DNA from: Tepidisphaera sp. | GTDB lineage: Bacteria; Planctomycetota; Phycisphaerae; Phycisphaerales; UBA1924 | Direction: 5' to 3' | DNA: 64,000 nucleotides | Assembly: GCA_050916045.1 (NCBI GenBank) | Contig: CP051526.1 | Coordinates: 1,728,001-1,792,000 of the forward strand | In this document: piece after piece, positions 1-9,497 of the stretch | Numbering within the stretch: position 1 is the stretch's first letter | Layout: every line of letters begins with the position of its first letter | Notes under the pieces: model-generated | What the model was told of the DNA's origin: nothing | The model's input: only the letters and a program-made list of their open reading frames with translations | Database searches by the model: none | Translations under genes and position numbers: made by a program

Positions 1-139
1 GCTGAGAAAGCCCTCATCTCGCGATGTGCGAGGGGTGAACTTCTGCGAAGCAGGGGCGGCGACCTTGGCGAGCAAAGGGCCGGATTCGGCCATAGGCCGC
101 GATCCAAAGCCATTGGGGCTCGAGCGCGGCGGAAAGAAA

Positions 140-222
140 TGGGCGAGGAGGGATTCGAACCCCCGAAGGCGTAAGCCAACAGATTTACAATCTGTCCCGT
201 TTGGCCACTCCGGAACTCGCCC
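140..222 (-). tRNA. tRNA-Tyr (GTA), long variable arm, CCA not encoded
   Basis: Reverse complement reads GGGCGAGTTCCGGAGTGGCCAAACGGGACAGATTGTAAATCTGTTGGCTTACGCCTTCGGGGGTTCGAATCCCTCCTCGCCCA. Acceptor stem GGGCGAG/CTCGCCC, anticodon arm ACAGA-TTGTAAA-TCTGT, T-loop GGTTCGAATCC. Confidence 0.97.
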
Positions 223-268
223 GACTTGTCAAGCCCGACCGGTGCCTCATCGGCCCGATCGGGTGCCA

Positions 269-297
269 AATATAGCCCAACACCCGGCGGACGGCAA
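269..297 (-). promoter_or_regulatory. sigma70-type promoter for tRNA-Tyr
   Basis: Minus strand TTGCCG-17 nt-TATATT, about 45 nt upstream of the tRNA. Confidence 0.6.
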
Positions 298-431
298 TTC
301 GCGGGCCTCAGCGGGGTGCGGCGGCTTCTGGGACGCTCGCGGGCGCCCCTGGGTGGCGCGGTGCGGGGCGGTCTGGTATCTTCCGGGCATCTTCGCGGGT
401 CCGCATTCGCGGCCTGCTCAGGAGGTTGCCC

Positions 432-2828
432 ATGAGCCCTCGATTCTCCACGGTGGCGATCGGTTGCGCCGCCTTTCTCGCACACCAAGCTCAGCCCGCA
501 TGGGCCCAGCCGGCCAGCCCGATGCATGCCGCCGCCGTCGCGCCGGTGTCGTGGAAGGACGTCGAGGTCGGCGGCCCGTTCTGGGGGCCGCGGCTTGCCG
601 CGCTGCGAGCAGGGACGCTTGCCGCCAACCGCCACCAGTGCGACATCACCGGGCGCATCGCGAACTTTGAGAACGCGGCTCGCAAGCTCAAGGGCGAGAA
701 GGAAGTCCCCGAGTACCAGGGCTTGCTGTTCAATGACTCTGACGTTTACAAGATGCTCGAGGGGTGGTGCTACCTGCTCGCGACCGAGAAGGACGCTTCG
801 GTCCGGGCCGAGTTCGAGCGCGACATCGACGGGCTGATCGCGAAGATCGCCGCGGCTCAGCTGCCCGACGGGTACATCAACACGTACTACACGCTCAAAG
901 CCGGCCTCGACAAGCGGATGACCAACGAGATCTGGGACCATGAGACCTACTGCATGGGCCACCTGATTGAAGCGGGAGTCGCGCACTTCCAAGCCACCGG
1001 CAAGCGATCGCTTCTGTCCGTCGCGATCAAAGCGGCAGACTACCTCGGGTCGGTGTACGCACCCGGCAAGCTCTCGACGCCGTCGGGCCATCAGGAGATC
1101 GAGCTCGCGCTGATCCGCCTCGCAGAAGCGACGGGCGAATCGAAGTACAAGGCCCTCGCCGTGTCCATGCTTGACATGCGGGGTAAGCCCCACACCACGC
1201 ATGACGGCAAGACCGTGCCGCCGTGGGGGGACTACGCCCAGGACCACGCTCCGGTCGTCGATCAGCGGGAAGCGGCCGGGCACGCCGTCCGAGCCGGGTA
1301 CATGTACGCCGCGATGACCGATCTCGCCGCACGCGGGGACCGCCGGTTCGTCCCTGCTCTTGACGCCATCTGGAACGACATCACCCAGAGGCGGATCTTC
1401 GTCACCGGAGGCATCGGCCCCAGCGGTCACAACGAGGGGTTCACGGTCCCGTACGACATCCCGGTCAACTCGGCGTATCAGGAGACGTGCGCGTCGATCG
1501 CCCTCTGCATGTGGGCGCAGCGGATGTTCACGGTTGAGCCGGACGCAAAGTACTTCGAGCAGTACGAGCAGACCTTGTACAACGCGGTGCTCGCGGGCGT
1601 GTCGCTCGACGGGTCGCGGTTCTTCTACGTCAACCCGATGGCGACGCGTGGCGGGCATCAGCGCCAGGATTGGTTCTCGTGCGCGTGCTGCCCTCCGAAC
1701 GTGCTGCGGTTCCTGGGGTCGCTGGGTGGCTCGATCTATGCCGTGAGCGGCGACACGATCTACCTCAACCTCCTCATCGAGAACAAAGCGACCGTCCGAG
1801 TCGGCGGCCAGCCGGTCGAGATCGAGGTCAAGACGGCGTACCCCACGGGCGGCGCGACGACAGTCTCGGTGCGGAACAACACCGGCCGGGAGGTGAAGCT
1901 CGCCATGAGGCAACTCCCCGGGATGCAGCAGGCGGATCCGGCCGCCGCGACCGGCGACGGCTATCTGCTGTCACGCGTCCCCGCGGGCGAAGCGATCACC
2001 CAGCGGTTCGAAGTCGAGCTCGCGGTCAAACGCGTGTACTCGGATCCGCGGGTGAAAGCGAGCGTGGGACGGGTCGCGGTGATGCGCGGGCCGCTGGTGT
2101 ATGCCGCGGAGGCGATGGACAACGACGGGTCGGTCAAGGACCTCGTGCTCCCGGTCTCATCACCGATCGAAGAGACCAAGTCCTCCGACGGCACGGTGCT
2201 TCTCAAAGCAAGCGGCGTTCGTGTTTCGGGAACTGCGGAACTCGGGCTTTACCGATCGGGCGGCGAGCTCAAGCCCACAACGATCACGCTCCGTCCGTAC
2301 TACGCCTGGGGAAACCGCAAGCCCGGGGACGGCATGTCGGTCTGGATCGCCGAGACCTCGCAGGTGCTTGATCCGCTGCCGCGACCGGGGGTGTCCGCTT
2401 CCGCGTCGTTCGTCGGTCACGGGGACGGCCTGCTCGCGATGTACGACCGGGTTCTGCCCGAGAACGCGAAGGACGCCACCGTGCCGCGGATGTCGTTCTG
2501 GCCGAAGAAGGGCCAGCCCGACGGCTCGGGCGAGAGCAAGCAGTGGGTGCGTTACGACTTCGCATCGCCGGAGACGGTGGGGGAGGTGACCGTCTGGTGG
2601 TTCGACGACACCGGCACCGGCGAGTGTCGTTTGCCCAAAGCGTTCACGGTCGAGTATCTCGACGGGCAAGCGTGGAAGCCGGTCGCAAACGCGAGCGGAG
2701 GATCCATCGCGATCGACGCTCCCAGCACGCTTCGCTTTGGTGCGGTCACGACCAAGAGCCTGCGGCTGAACGTCACGCTGCCGGACGGGATGTCGACCGG
2801 CATCCTTGAGTGGGGCTTTGGGAAGTAG
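432..2828 (+). CDS. Secreted GH127 (DUF1680) beta-L-arabinofuranosidase-like glycoside hydrolase with C-terminal discoidin/CBM-like domain
   Basis: GGAGG RBS then ATG at 432, with a signal peptide. Motifs DSDVYKMLE, HETYCMGHLIEA, GHQEIELAL, GHAVRA, ETCASI and the Zn-binding CACCPPN. C-terminal WVRYDF...VWWFDD...TTKSLRL jelly-roll-like domain. Confidence 0.9.
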   Translation: MSPRFSTVAIGCAAFLAHQAQPAWAQPASPMHAAAVAPVSWKDVEVGGPFWGPRLAALRAGTLAANRHQCDITGRIANFENAARKLKGEKEVPEYQGLLFNDSDVYKMLEGWCYLLATEKDASVRAEFERDIDGLIAKIAAAQLPDGYINTYYTLKAGLDKRMTNEIWDHETYCMGHLIEAGVAHFQATGKRSLLSVAIKAADYLGSVYAPGKLSTPSGHQEIELALIRLAEATGESKYKALAVSMLDMRGKPHTTHDGKTVPPWGDYAQDHAPVVDQREAAGHAVRAGYMYAAMTDLAARGDRRFVPALDAIWNDITQRRIFVTGGIGPSGHNEGFTVPYDIPVNSAYQETCASIALCMWAQRMFTVEPDAKYFEQYEQTLYNAVLAGVSLDGSRFFYVNPMATRGGHQRQDWFSCACCPPNVLRFLGSLGGSIYAVSGDTIYLNLLIENKATVRVGGQPVEIEVKTAYPTGGATTVSVRNNTGREVKLAMRQLPGMQQADPAAATGDGYLLSRVPAGEAITQRFEVELAVKRVYSDPRVKASVGRVAVMRGPLVYAAEAMDNDGSVKDLVLPVSSPIEETKSSDGTVLLKASGVRVSGTAELGLYRSGGELKPTTITLRPYYAWGNRKPGDGMSVWIAETSQVLDPLPRPGVSASASFVGHGDGLLAMYDRVLPENAKDATVPRMSFWPKKGQPDGSGESKQWVRYDFASPETVGEVTVWWFDDTGTGECRLPKAFTVEYLDGQAWKPVANASGGSIAIDAPSTLRFGAVTTKSLRLNVTLPDGMSTGILEWGFGK

Positions 2829-2887
2829 GCCGCGGAGCCGAACCTCACTCGGTTTGCCGGACGAAGCACCCATCACCAGATCAACGC

Positions 2888-2921
2888 AAAAGGGGACGGA
2901 CCACGAAGTCCGTCCCCTTCT
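2888..2921. terminator. Bidirectional intrinsic terminator
   Basis: 12-bp stem AAGGGGACGGAC/GTCCGTCCCCTT with A/T tails, between convergent genes. Confidence 0.75.
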
Positions 2922-2944
2922 TCATGTTCGGTTGACTGTTGAGA

Positions 2945-3613
2945 TCAGGCGTTCACGACGGGAGCGGCGGGCCCACCCGCGCCGGGGGCCGGCTGGGGCT
3001 TGGCGAATCCGAGGAACTTGGCGTTGTGCCATTCGACGCCGGTCTTGGCTCGGGCTTCGAGCTTGATGCTCTGGACGAACCACCCGAGGAGGCCCTTGGC
3101 GGCGTTCTCGCCGAAAAGGCGCTCATCGAGGATCAGCATGGTGATGGAAAGCTGTTCGGGGCTGACGAAGAAGACCTCGATGACGACCGAGGGTTCCTTA
3201 TTGGGGATCGGGCCGGCTTCGGTCGCTTCCTGAAGGAGGTACCGGTCGGACTGCTCGGTGTGAACGGGGCGCTGGATGGCGAAGCTCTTGGGCGGTTCGC
3301 CGGTGGCGGTCAGGGATCGGTCCAGCACGCCGAGCACGAGCATGCCGGTGAGGTTCTTCCGCATGTTCTGCTGGATGACGCCGTGCACGCGGGGCGCGAG
3401 GTCGGAAAGCAGCGCGGGAGGGCAGATCTCCTGGTCGTAGATCAAGAGGAGCGAGTCGGCGACGTTGTTGGGCGCGGGGGAGAAATGGACGTTGAAGAGC
3501 GCGAACGGCTTCTCGTCCGGCTTGGGTGCTTCGGCGGGTCCCGTCTGGCGGCGCAGGTGGGACTGGAGCGAGTGCGGGTTGGTGACGAAGACGTCGACGG
3601 AGAAGTTGAACAT
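2945..3613 (-). CDS. Hypothetical protein (222 aa)
   Basis: GAGGA RBS upstream, GC3-rich codon usage, globular-looking sequence, followed by a terminator. No family recognised. Confidence 0.75.
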   Translation of the reverse strand: MFNFSVDVFVTNPHSLQSHLRRQTGPAEAPKPDEKPFALFNVHFSPAPNNVADSLLLIYDQEICPPALLSDLAPRVHGVIQQNMRKNLTGMLVLGVLDRSLTATGEPPKSFAIQRPVHTEQSDRYLLQEATEAGPIPNKEPSVVIEVFFVSPEQLSITMLILDERLFGENAAKGLLGWFVQSIKLEARAKTGVEWHNAKFLGFAKPQPAPGAGGPAAPVVNA

Positions 3614-3661
3614 GCGATCCTCGGGGTAAGCCGCGCGGGCACGAAAAACGGCAGCCGGAGG

Positions 3662-4705
3662 CTACGCGCCGTGCCGTGAGGTTTCCGCCAATTCGGCGAG
3701 AATTCTCCGTGCATCCCCGGAGTCGATCGCCCGCCCCGCCATGTCGATCGCCGGCCCCCAATCCGCCGCGACATCGGTCACGACCAGCGACGCGGCCGCG
3801 GCGAGAAGGACGGCGTCGCGCTTGGCACCCCGGTCCCCGGCGAGCACGCTTTGAACGGCCTCCGCGGCCTGATCCAGCGTGCCAACCTCGAGGTCCTGCC
3901 TGGGTGAGCGGGCGATGCCCAGGGTGGTGGGGTCAAGCTCAAAGACCCGGACCCCGGCTGCGGTCACCTCGGCGATGCGGGTTGGGGCGCTGACGGAGAT
4001 CTCGTCCATTCCGTCCCGGGAATGGAACACGACGGCCCGCACGGCTCCGAGGCGGCGGAGCGACTCGGCCATCGGCTCGACGAACCGGTCGGCGAAGACG
4101 CCGAGCACCTGACGGTCGGCGTTTGCGGGGTTGGTCAGCGGGCCGAGAAGGTTGAAGATGGTGGGGATGCCCAGCGCCTGTCGCGCCGGGGCCGCGTGCT
4201 TCATCGCCGGGTGGTGGTGCACCGCAAAGCAGAAGCAGACGCCGACGCGACGCAAGCACTCGGTCTGTACCGAGGCGGGAGCGTCCACGCGCACGCCGAG
4301 CCGTTCGAGGACCTCCGCCGAGCCTCGACCGGAGCGAGACCTGTTGCCGTGTTTGGCGACGAGCATCGGCCTCTGGGCCCGCCGGGCGGCCGCGGCCGCG
4401 ACCAGAGCCGCTGCCGTCGAGATGTTGAAGGTCTTGGGAGTGCCGCCGGTGCCGCAGGTATCAAGCACGGGTCCGACGTACCCCCCGGGCAGGGGCACCG
4501 CCGTGACGTGTTGCCTCATGACGCGGCCGGCTCCGACGAGTTCCTCGACGCTGGGGCCCCGCACCGCGATCATGCCAAGGACCGCTCCGATCTGGGCGTC
4601 GGTCAGCTTGCCGGAGAGGAGTTCCGAAAAAAGGTCTCCGGCCTGCGATTCGGTCATCGAGGCGCCGGTGCTGAGGAATGCGAGGGCGGAACGGGCGTCG
4701 AACAT
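3662..4705 (-). CDS. trpD: Anthranilate phosphoribosyltransferase
   Basis: Motifs DTCGTGG, TFNIST, VAKHGNRS, HHPAMK, FNLLGPLTNPA, GMDEIS. Confidence 0.95.
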   Translation of the reverse strand: MFDARSALAFLSTGASMTESQAGDLFSELLSGKLTDAQIGAVLGMIAVRGPSVEELVGAGRVMRQHVTAVPLPGGYVGPVLDTCGTGGTPKTFNISTAAALVAAAAARRAQRPMLVAKHGNRSRSGRGSAEVLERLGVRVDAPASVQTECLRRVGVCFCFAVHHHPAMKHAAPARQALGIPTIFNLLGPLTNPANADRQVLGVFADRFVEPMAESLRRLGAVRAVVFHSRDGMDEISVSAPTRIAEVTAAGVRVFELDPTTLGIARSPRQDLEVGTLDQAAEAVQSVLAGDRGAKRDAVLLAAAASLVVTDVAADWGPAIDMAGRAIDSGDARRILAELAETSRHGA

Positions 4706-4798
4706 CCACTGAACCGTAGCGGGCGAAGAAGCGCTATAGAAGGGGCGCCCCCGGCCCGATTTCGGAACGAATCAGTGGCCTCAACCGTAGAATCCACC

Positions 4799-7700
4799 GT
4801 GACAACACTCCCCGTGAACTCCCAAGCCGCATCCGCCCAGACGTCCGTGATCCCGCGGACGATGGCGGTGGCTTCTCGGGCGGCCCGGCGATCCCTCGCG
4901 GGGGCGATTGCCCGGTCGACCGGGTGGGCGTTGCTTGCGGGCGCGGCGGTCTCGGTCGCGGCCGTCGCGGCGATCAAGCTCGCCCCGATCGACATCACGC
5001 CCGATGCGTGGGCCTGGGTGTTCGGTGGTCCGGCCGCGGCGGGCATTGTCGCCGCGATCGGGTGGTCGATCTGGACGCGGTGGTCCCCGGCCCGCGCCGC
5101 CGCAGAGTTGGACGCCCGCTTGGCTCTCCGAGATCGGCTGTCTTCGGCGATGCAGTTCCAAGCCAGAGCCAAGCCCGCGGCTTTCGAGTTCCTCGCCGTC
5201 GAAGAAGCCGAAGCGTTGGCTTCGAGCCCGGCGGTTCAGCAGGGTGTGACCAAAGCGATCCCCATGAGCTGGGGCCGCGGTTGGAGGTGGGCGCCGCTGG
5301 TCCTCGCGGCCGGCGTCGCGACCGCTCTGTGGGCGCCGTCCCGTCCCGTCGAGATTCCTGAAGCGGTCACGCCCGTCGCCGCTCGCGACGCGGCGGAGCA
5401 GATCAAGCAAGCCGCAGAAGCGATCCAGAAAACCGGCCAAGGCCTCCCCGACGCGGCGACCCCGCAGGATCTCGCCGCGATCGAAGCCATCGAACGCGAA
5501 CTGGCCGGCGGCAAGCTCGACCCCGCCGCCGCGACGACCCGCGCCGCCGAGCGCGTCGCTCAGACCGCCGACCGCCTCACCGAGCAGGCCGCTCGCGAGC
5601 AGCAGGAAGCCGACGAGGTCCGCGATCGACTGGTGCAGTCGCGAGAAACCACCGCGAGCGATCATGAACTGATCCAAGCTCTCAAGTCCGCCGACCTCGA
5701 GACCGCGAGCCGGCTCGCAAAGGAACTCTCCGAACGGTACGAGGAGCTCTCGCCCTCGGACCGCGCGGCGCTTGGCGAGCAGCTTTCGAACCTCGCCGAC
5801 CGGCTCGACGCTTCGGCGAGAGCTTCGGAAAGCTCCGCCCAATCGCCCTCGTCGTCCGACGGCTCCGCGAGAATGCCTGGAGATGCGTCCGCCGCCAAGC
5901 CGGACGGTGGGAATACAGGCGAAGCCGGGAAGTCGTCTGCTTCACGCGAAAGCACTTCACGAGAGAACACTTCACGCGAGAACGCCTTGCGAGATGAAGC
6001 CTCGGGCAGGCCGGATGCCGCGACGGAGACCGGAGCTTCCGCGCCGAATGAGCGGCCGAGCGGACGCGACACGCGGGGAGCCAACGATTCGAGCCCGCGT
6101 TCGCCTGACGCGTCGTCGCAGAATCCGGCCGTCACGCCGACTCCACCCACTCCGCCCAAGCCTGATCCGGTCAAGAGCTTGACGGATGCGCTCCGCAACG
6201 CCGCGGACATGCTTCGCAAGAAGGACGAGAAGCCGCCGGAACCTCCGCCCGCTTCGTCGCCCCCGGCTTCGCCAGACGCTCAGCCGGCGCAGAACCGGAC
6301 GGGCCAGAACCAGCAGACTCAGGACGGAGCCGCGGCCAAGCCCGCCGATCGGAACGGGGCCGCACCGGACGGGTCCGAGAGGAGCGGAGCCAAGCCAACG
6401 CCTCCCGACGGCGCGAAGGAACCAACACCTCCCGCCGACGCTCGCGGCAATCAGCCCGCGTCGACCTCGCCGGACAAGCAGAACCAGCCCGCGAAGGATG
6501 TTCCCCGTCCGGGCGAGAAGCCCGCGACGCCCGAAGGCTCTTCACGCGATCAGTCCAAGCCTTCCTCCGCTCCCGCAGGCGGCGAAACGCGAGGCGACAA
6601 GGGCCAGCCCAAGTCCTCCGACACGCCCTCCCCTCGCGGCCCGGAAGGTGGACAGGAACCTCGACCGCAAAGCGGCGCGGCAAGCCAAAGCCAAGGCCCC
6701 AAGTCCGAGACCAAGCCCGCGACCAACCCCGAGGCCAAGCCCGAAGCCGGATCTCGCGAAAGCCCTCCGCCCGCCCGTGAAGGTGGCCAGCCGCAGACCA
6801 ACCAGCCAAACTCGCCCGAAGCAAAACCCGCCAACGCGGACGGTGCCAAGCCGGACTCGGCCAAACCCGATTCGGCCACGCCAGATCCTTCCAAGCCCGA
6901 AGGTGCCAAGCAGAGCGGTGGCAATCCCGCTCCGCCCACGCAAGAACGCGGCAAGCCCGACCCGGCGGCCAAGGACGCCGCCAAGCCAGACCCAAACGCC
7001 AAGCCTGACCAGAACGCGAAGCCAGACCAGAACGCCAGGCCAGACCCAAACGCCAAGCCCGACAGTAACGCTCAGCCGAGCCCGTCGGCAAGCGACAAGA
7101 ATCAGTCTGGCCAGAATCCATCCAACCAGAATCAGCCCAACCCGAACCAACCCAGCCAGAACCAGCCGGGGCAGAATCAGCCCGGAACCAACCAGCCCAA
7201 CCCGAACCAGCCCAATCAGAATCAGCCCGGCACGCCGCAAGCGAGCCCGAATCAGCCCGGACAGCCCGGCTCTGCTCAGCCTCAGCCTTCCGGTCAGGGC
7301 AGCCAGCCCCCACCTCAGCAGAACCAGCAACCCGGCGCGAATCAGTCGGCTCCTTCCGGCGAACCGCAGAAGCAGCCGGGAGCCGCTCCCCAGCCCGGCA
7401 AGCAGGACACCCCCGCGCCAGAGGCCGGCACGCAGGCCGACCGGCAGCCCGGCAGCCGAGAGGGTGCCAAGTCGGGCGAAACCAAGCCCTCGGCGGGCAA
7501 GCCCGACCCGACTCAACCCGCTCCGTCCCAACCCGGCCAGTCCAAGCCCGATCCATCACGGCCCCAACCCGGTGAGCAACCCGGCGGGCAGTCCGGCGAC
7601 CAGCCCGGTGCCTCGCGGAACTCGCCACAGAATCCGCCCCAGGGCACCGCACCGAGCGGCAAGCCGGACCCCTCCGCTCCCGCCAAGCCCTCCGCTGCGG

Positions 7701-9226
7701 GCGACAAGCCGCAGGATGCCACCAAGCCCAATGACGCGGCCAATCGCGATCGTGGTGCCGGTGGCGAAGCCGCCAAGCCCAAGCCCCCCAGCGACCACAA
7801 CCGTCCCGACAAGCCCACCCCGCCGACCCCGCCCTCCGCCGGAAACTCCCCCGAAGGTCAAGCTCATCGCGGACCCAAGCCCGCGGCCGGTGAACAGCAG
7901 CAGTCCGGCACCGACGCCGCCAAACCCGCTTCCGATCCGCGCCGCGAACCGCAGCCCGGCGGCAAGCAGCCTGACGGCGGTCAGCCCGACGGCAAACAAC
8001 CCGAGTCGGCTCAGAACCCGCGGAACCGCGAGCCCGCGCCCGCGGGCAAGGACGCCGGCAATCCCGCCCTGCAGCAGAGCCAACCCGGCAAGTCCGGCCC
8101 GCAGGATGCGAAGCAGCCGTCGGATCAGACCAAACCGGATCAGGCCAGGCCCGATCAGGCCAAACCCGATCAGTCACGCAATGGTGCTTCTCCCGCTGGC
8201 GACAAGCCCTCGCCGAACCAGTCCGGCAAACAGTCCGGCAAACAGCCCGAAAGCAACCCCGACAGCAAGCCCGACCAACAGAACGGCAAGCCCGAAGCCG
8301 GAACCAGCACGCCGCGTGAGCAAGCAAGCCCAAGCGGCTCAGAGCCGCAGCCGCGCCAGCCAGGCAATGCTCCGCGACCCGGTCAGGAGCAGGCTCCGCG
8401 CCCCGCCGACGGGTCCAAGCCCGATGCACCGCAGGACAAGCTGCCGGACAAGCTTCCCTCCGCCGATGAGCTTCGCAAGCTCTCCGAGAAGCTTGGCGAC
8501 ATCGCCAAGCAGCCACAGCGAAGCGAACAGCTCCGCCAGGAAGCCGATCAGCTTCGCGAACGCGCCCGCCGGATGCTCGATCAAGCGACGCCCGAACAGC
8601 GCAAGGAGCTTGAGTACCTCGCGGAGCAGTGGGCCAAGCAGCAAAGCGGGAACCAGCCCGCAAGTCAGGGCGGAAAGCAGGATGCAAATCGCGGCGATCG
8701 CGGCAACCCCTCGGGCCGCAATCAAGCGGGCGGCCCGCCCGAGTCGGCAAATCGCGGCTCCGCGCAGGCCGGGCAGAAGCCGGATGGCTCAAACAATGAG
8801 CAACCCGGCCGAACCAGTCCGGGCGGTTTGGTGGAGCCCTCCGACGGCCAGAACAATCAGGCCGGTCGCGGAGAAGCGGCTGGCGGGACAAGCCCCACGT
8901 CCTCCGGCTCGTTCCGCGAGGAAAGGGTGGACCTCTCCAAGACCAACCGGCCCCGGCAGCAGCGAGTCCTCGCCGACCTTGCCCCCAAGCCTGGCGACAC
9001 CGGCAAGGGCACCGGCGTGATCACGGGGTCCGGGGAGAACGCCCGGGTCGAGATTCAGAAAGCCGCCGACGCCGGCGAGCGAGCGGTGGAGGGGCAGGCG
9101 ATCCCGGCCCGGCACAGCGACCTCGTTCGACGCGTCTTCCGCCGCCTGACCGAGCGGGCCCAAACCGAAAGCGGCCCGGCCAAACCGGCCGAGCCTTCCG
9201 CAACACCTGAAACAAAGCCGAAATAG
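4799..9226 (+). CDS. Large membrane-anchored protein with coiled-coil region and ~900-aa P/Q/N/K/D low-complexity stalk
   Basis: The track's 4022 start overlaps trpD antisense. Likely start is GTG 4799 (TAGAAT 5 nt upstream) or ATG 4862. Three hydrophobic segments, an ELDARLALRDRLSSA motif and a C-terminal IPARHSDLVRRVF motif. Confidence 0.8.
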   Translation: MTTLPVNSQAASAQTSVIPRTMAVASRAARRSLAGAIARSTGWALLAGAAVSVAAVAAIKLAPIDITPDAWAWVFGGPAAAGIVAAIGWSIWTRWSPARAAAELDARLALRDRLSSAMQFQARAKPAAFEFLAVEEAEALASSPAVQQGVTKAIPMSWGRGWRWAPLVLAAGVATALWAPSRPVEIPEAVTPVAARDAAEQIKQAAEAIQKTGQGLPDAATPQDLAAIEAIERELAGGKLDPAAATTRAAERVAQTADRLTEQAAREQQEADEVRDRLVQSRETTASDHELIQALKSADLETASRLAKELSERYEELSPSDRAALGEQLSNLADRLDASARASESSAQSPSSSDGSARMPGDASAAKPDGGNTGEAGKSSASRESTSRENTSRENALRDEASGRPDAATETGASAPNERPSGRDTRGANDSSPRSPDASSQNPAVTPTPPTPPKPDPVKSLTDALRNAADMLRKKDEKPPEPPPASSPPASPDAQPAQNRTGQNQQTQDGAAAKPADRNGAAPDGSERSGAKPTPPDGAKEPTPPADARGNQPASTSPDKQNQPAKDVPRPGEKPATPEGSSRDQSKPSSAPAGGETRGDKGQPKSSDTPSPRGPEGGQEPRPQSGAASQSQGPKSETKPATNPEAKPEAGSRESPPPAREGGQPQTNQPNSPEAKPANADGAKPDSAKPDSATPDPSKPEGAKQSGGNPAPPTQERGKPDPAAKDAAKPDPNAKPDQNAKPDQNARPDPNAKPDSNAQPSPSASDKNQSGQNPSNQNQPNPNQPSQNQPGQNQPGTNQPNPNQPNQNQPGTPQASPNQPGQPGSAQPQPSGQGSQPPPQQNQQPGANQSAPSGEPQKQPGAAPQPGKQDTPAPEAGTQADRQPGSREGAKSGETKPSAGKPDPTQPAPSQPGQSKPDPSRPQPGEQPGGQSGDQPGASRNSPQNPPQGTAPSGKPDPSAPAKPSAAGDKPQDATKPNDAANRDRGAGGEAAKPKPPSDHNRPDKPTPPTPPSAGNSPEGQAHRGPKPAAGEQQQSGTDAAKPASDPRREPQPGGKQPDGGQPDGKQPESAQNPRNREPAPAGKDAGNPALQQSQPGKSGPQDAKQPSDQTKPDQARPDQAKPDQSRNGASPAGDKPSPNQSGKQSGKQPESNPDSKPDQQNGKPEAGTSTPREQASPSGSEPQPRQPGNAPRPGQEQAPRPADGSKPDAPQDKLPDKLPSADELRKLSEKLGDIAKQPQRSEQLRQEADQLRERARRMLDQATPEQRKELEYLAEQWAKQQSGNQPASQGGKQDANRGDRGNPSGRNQAGGPPESANRGSAQAGQKPDGSNNEQPGRTSPGGLVEPSDGQNNQAGRGEAAGGTSPTSSGSFREERVDLSKTNRPRQQRVLADLAPKPGDTGKGTGVITGSGENARVEIQKAADAGERAVEGQAIPARHSDLVRRVFRRLTERAQTESGPAKPAEPSATPETKPK
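6983..7072 (+). repeat. 5 x 18-bp coding tandem repeat (KPD[P/Q]NA)
   Basis: aagccagacccaaacgcc / aagcctgaccagaacgcg / aagccagaccagaacgcc / aggccagacccaaacgcc / aagcccgacagtaacgct. Confidence 0.9.
7100..7234 (+). repeat. 9 x 15-bp coding tandem repeat (NQP[G/N/S]x)
   Basis: Consecutive units such as aatcagcccaacccg, aaccagccggggcag, aatcagcccggaacc. Confidence 0.88.
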
Positions 9227-9462
9227 CGTCCGACGAGAACCGCCGGAAGAAAGCCCACGGGCATGGAGGGATACGCCCGTGGACCCAATGGCGAGCTGAG
9301 AAGGTCCGCGTCCGAGCTTGCGTTCTTCAGGGTGCCGTCCTGGCACCCTCTCGCCGACGCAAAACAACCCCGACACTCTGGGTTTCTTTCCGCGTTTGTG
9401 AGAAAAGTGTCGGTTAAGCCCCAATCTGGGGCAAACACCCCAAGGGTCCGACTCCGGGGTTA

Positions 9463-9497
9463 TTGACATAATTATGCATGCAGTGTATAGTCATGCA
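9463..9497 (+). promoter_or_regulatory. Consensus sigma70 promoter of arg operon overlapped by tandem ARG-box-like palindromes
   Basis: TTGACA(9463)-17 nt-TATAGT(9486). GACATAATTATGCA (9465-9478) and TGTATAGTCATGCA (9484-9497) resemble TGCATAnnnATGCA-type ArgR operators. Confidence 0.8.

Noticed and set aside
4022..4798. N-terminal 259 aa of the 1734-aa ORF
   Set aside because: It is antisense to trpD and reads as shadow sequence. A -10-linked GTG at 4799 is the better start.
6171..9020. 906-aa (-) and 944-aa (+) ORFs overlapping the giant protein
   Set aside because: Arg/Pro-rich shadow frames caused by stop-poor, GC-rich, low-complexity coding DNA.
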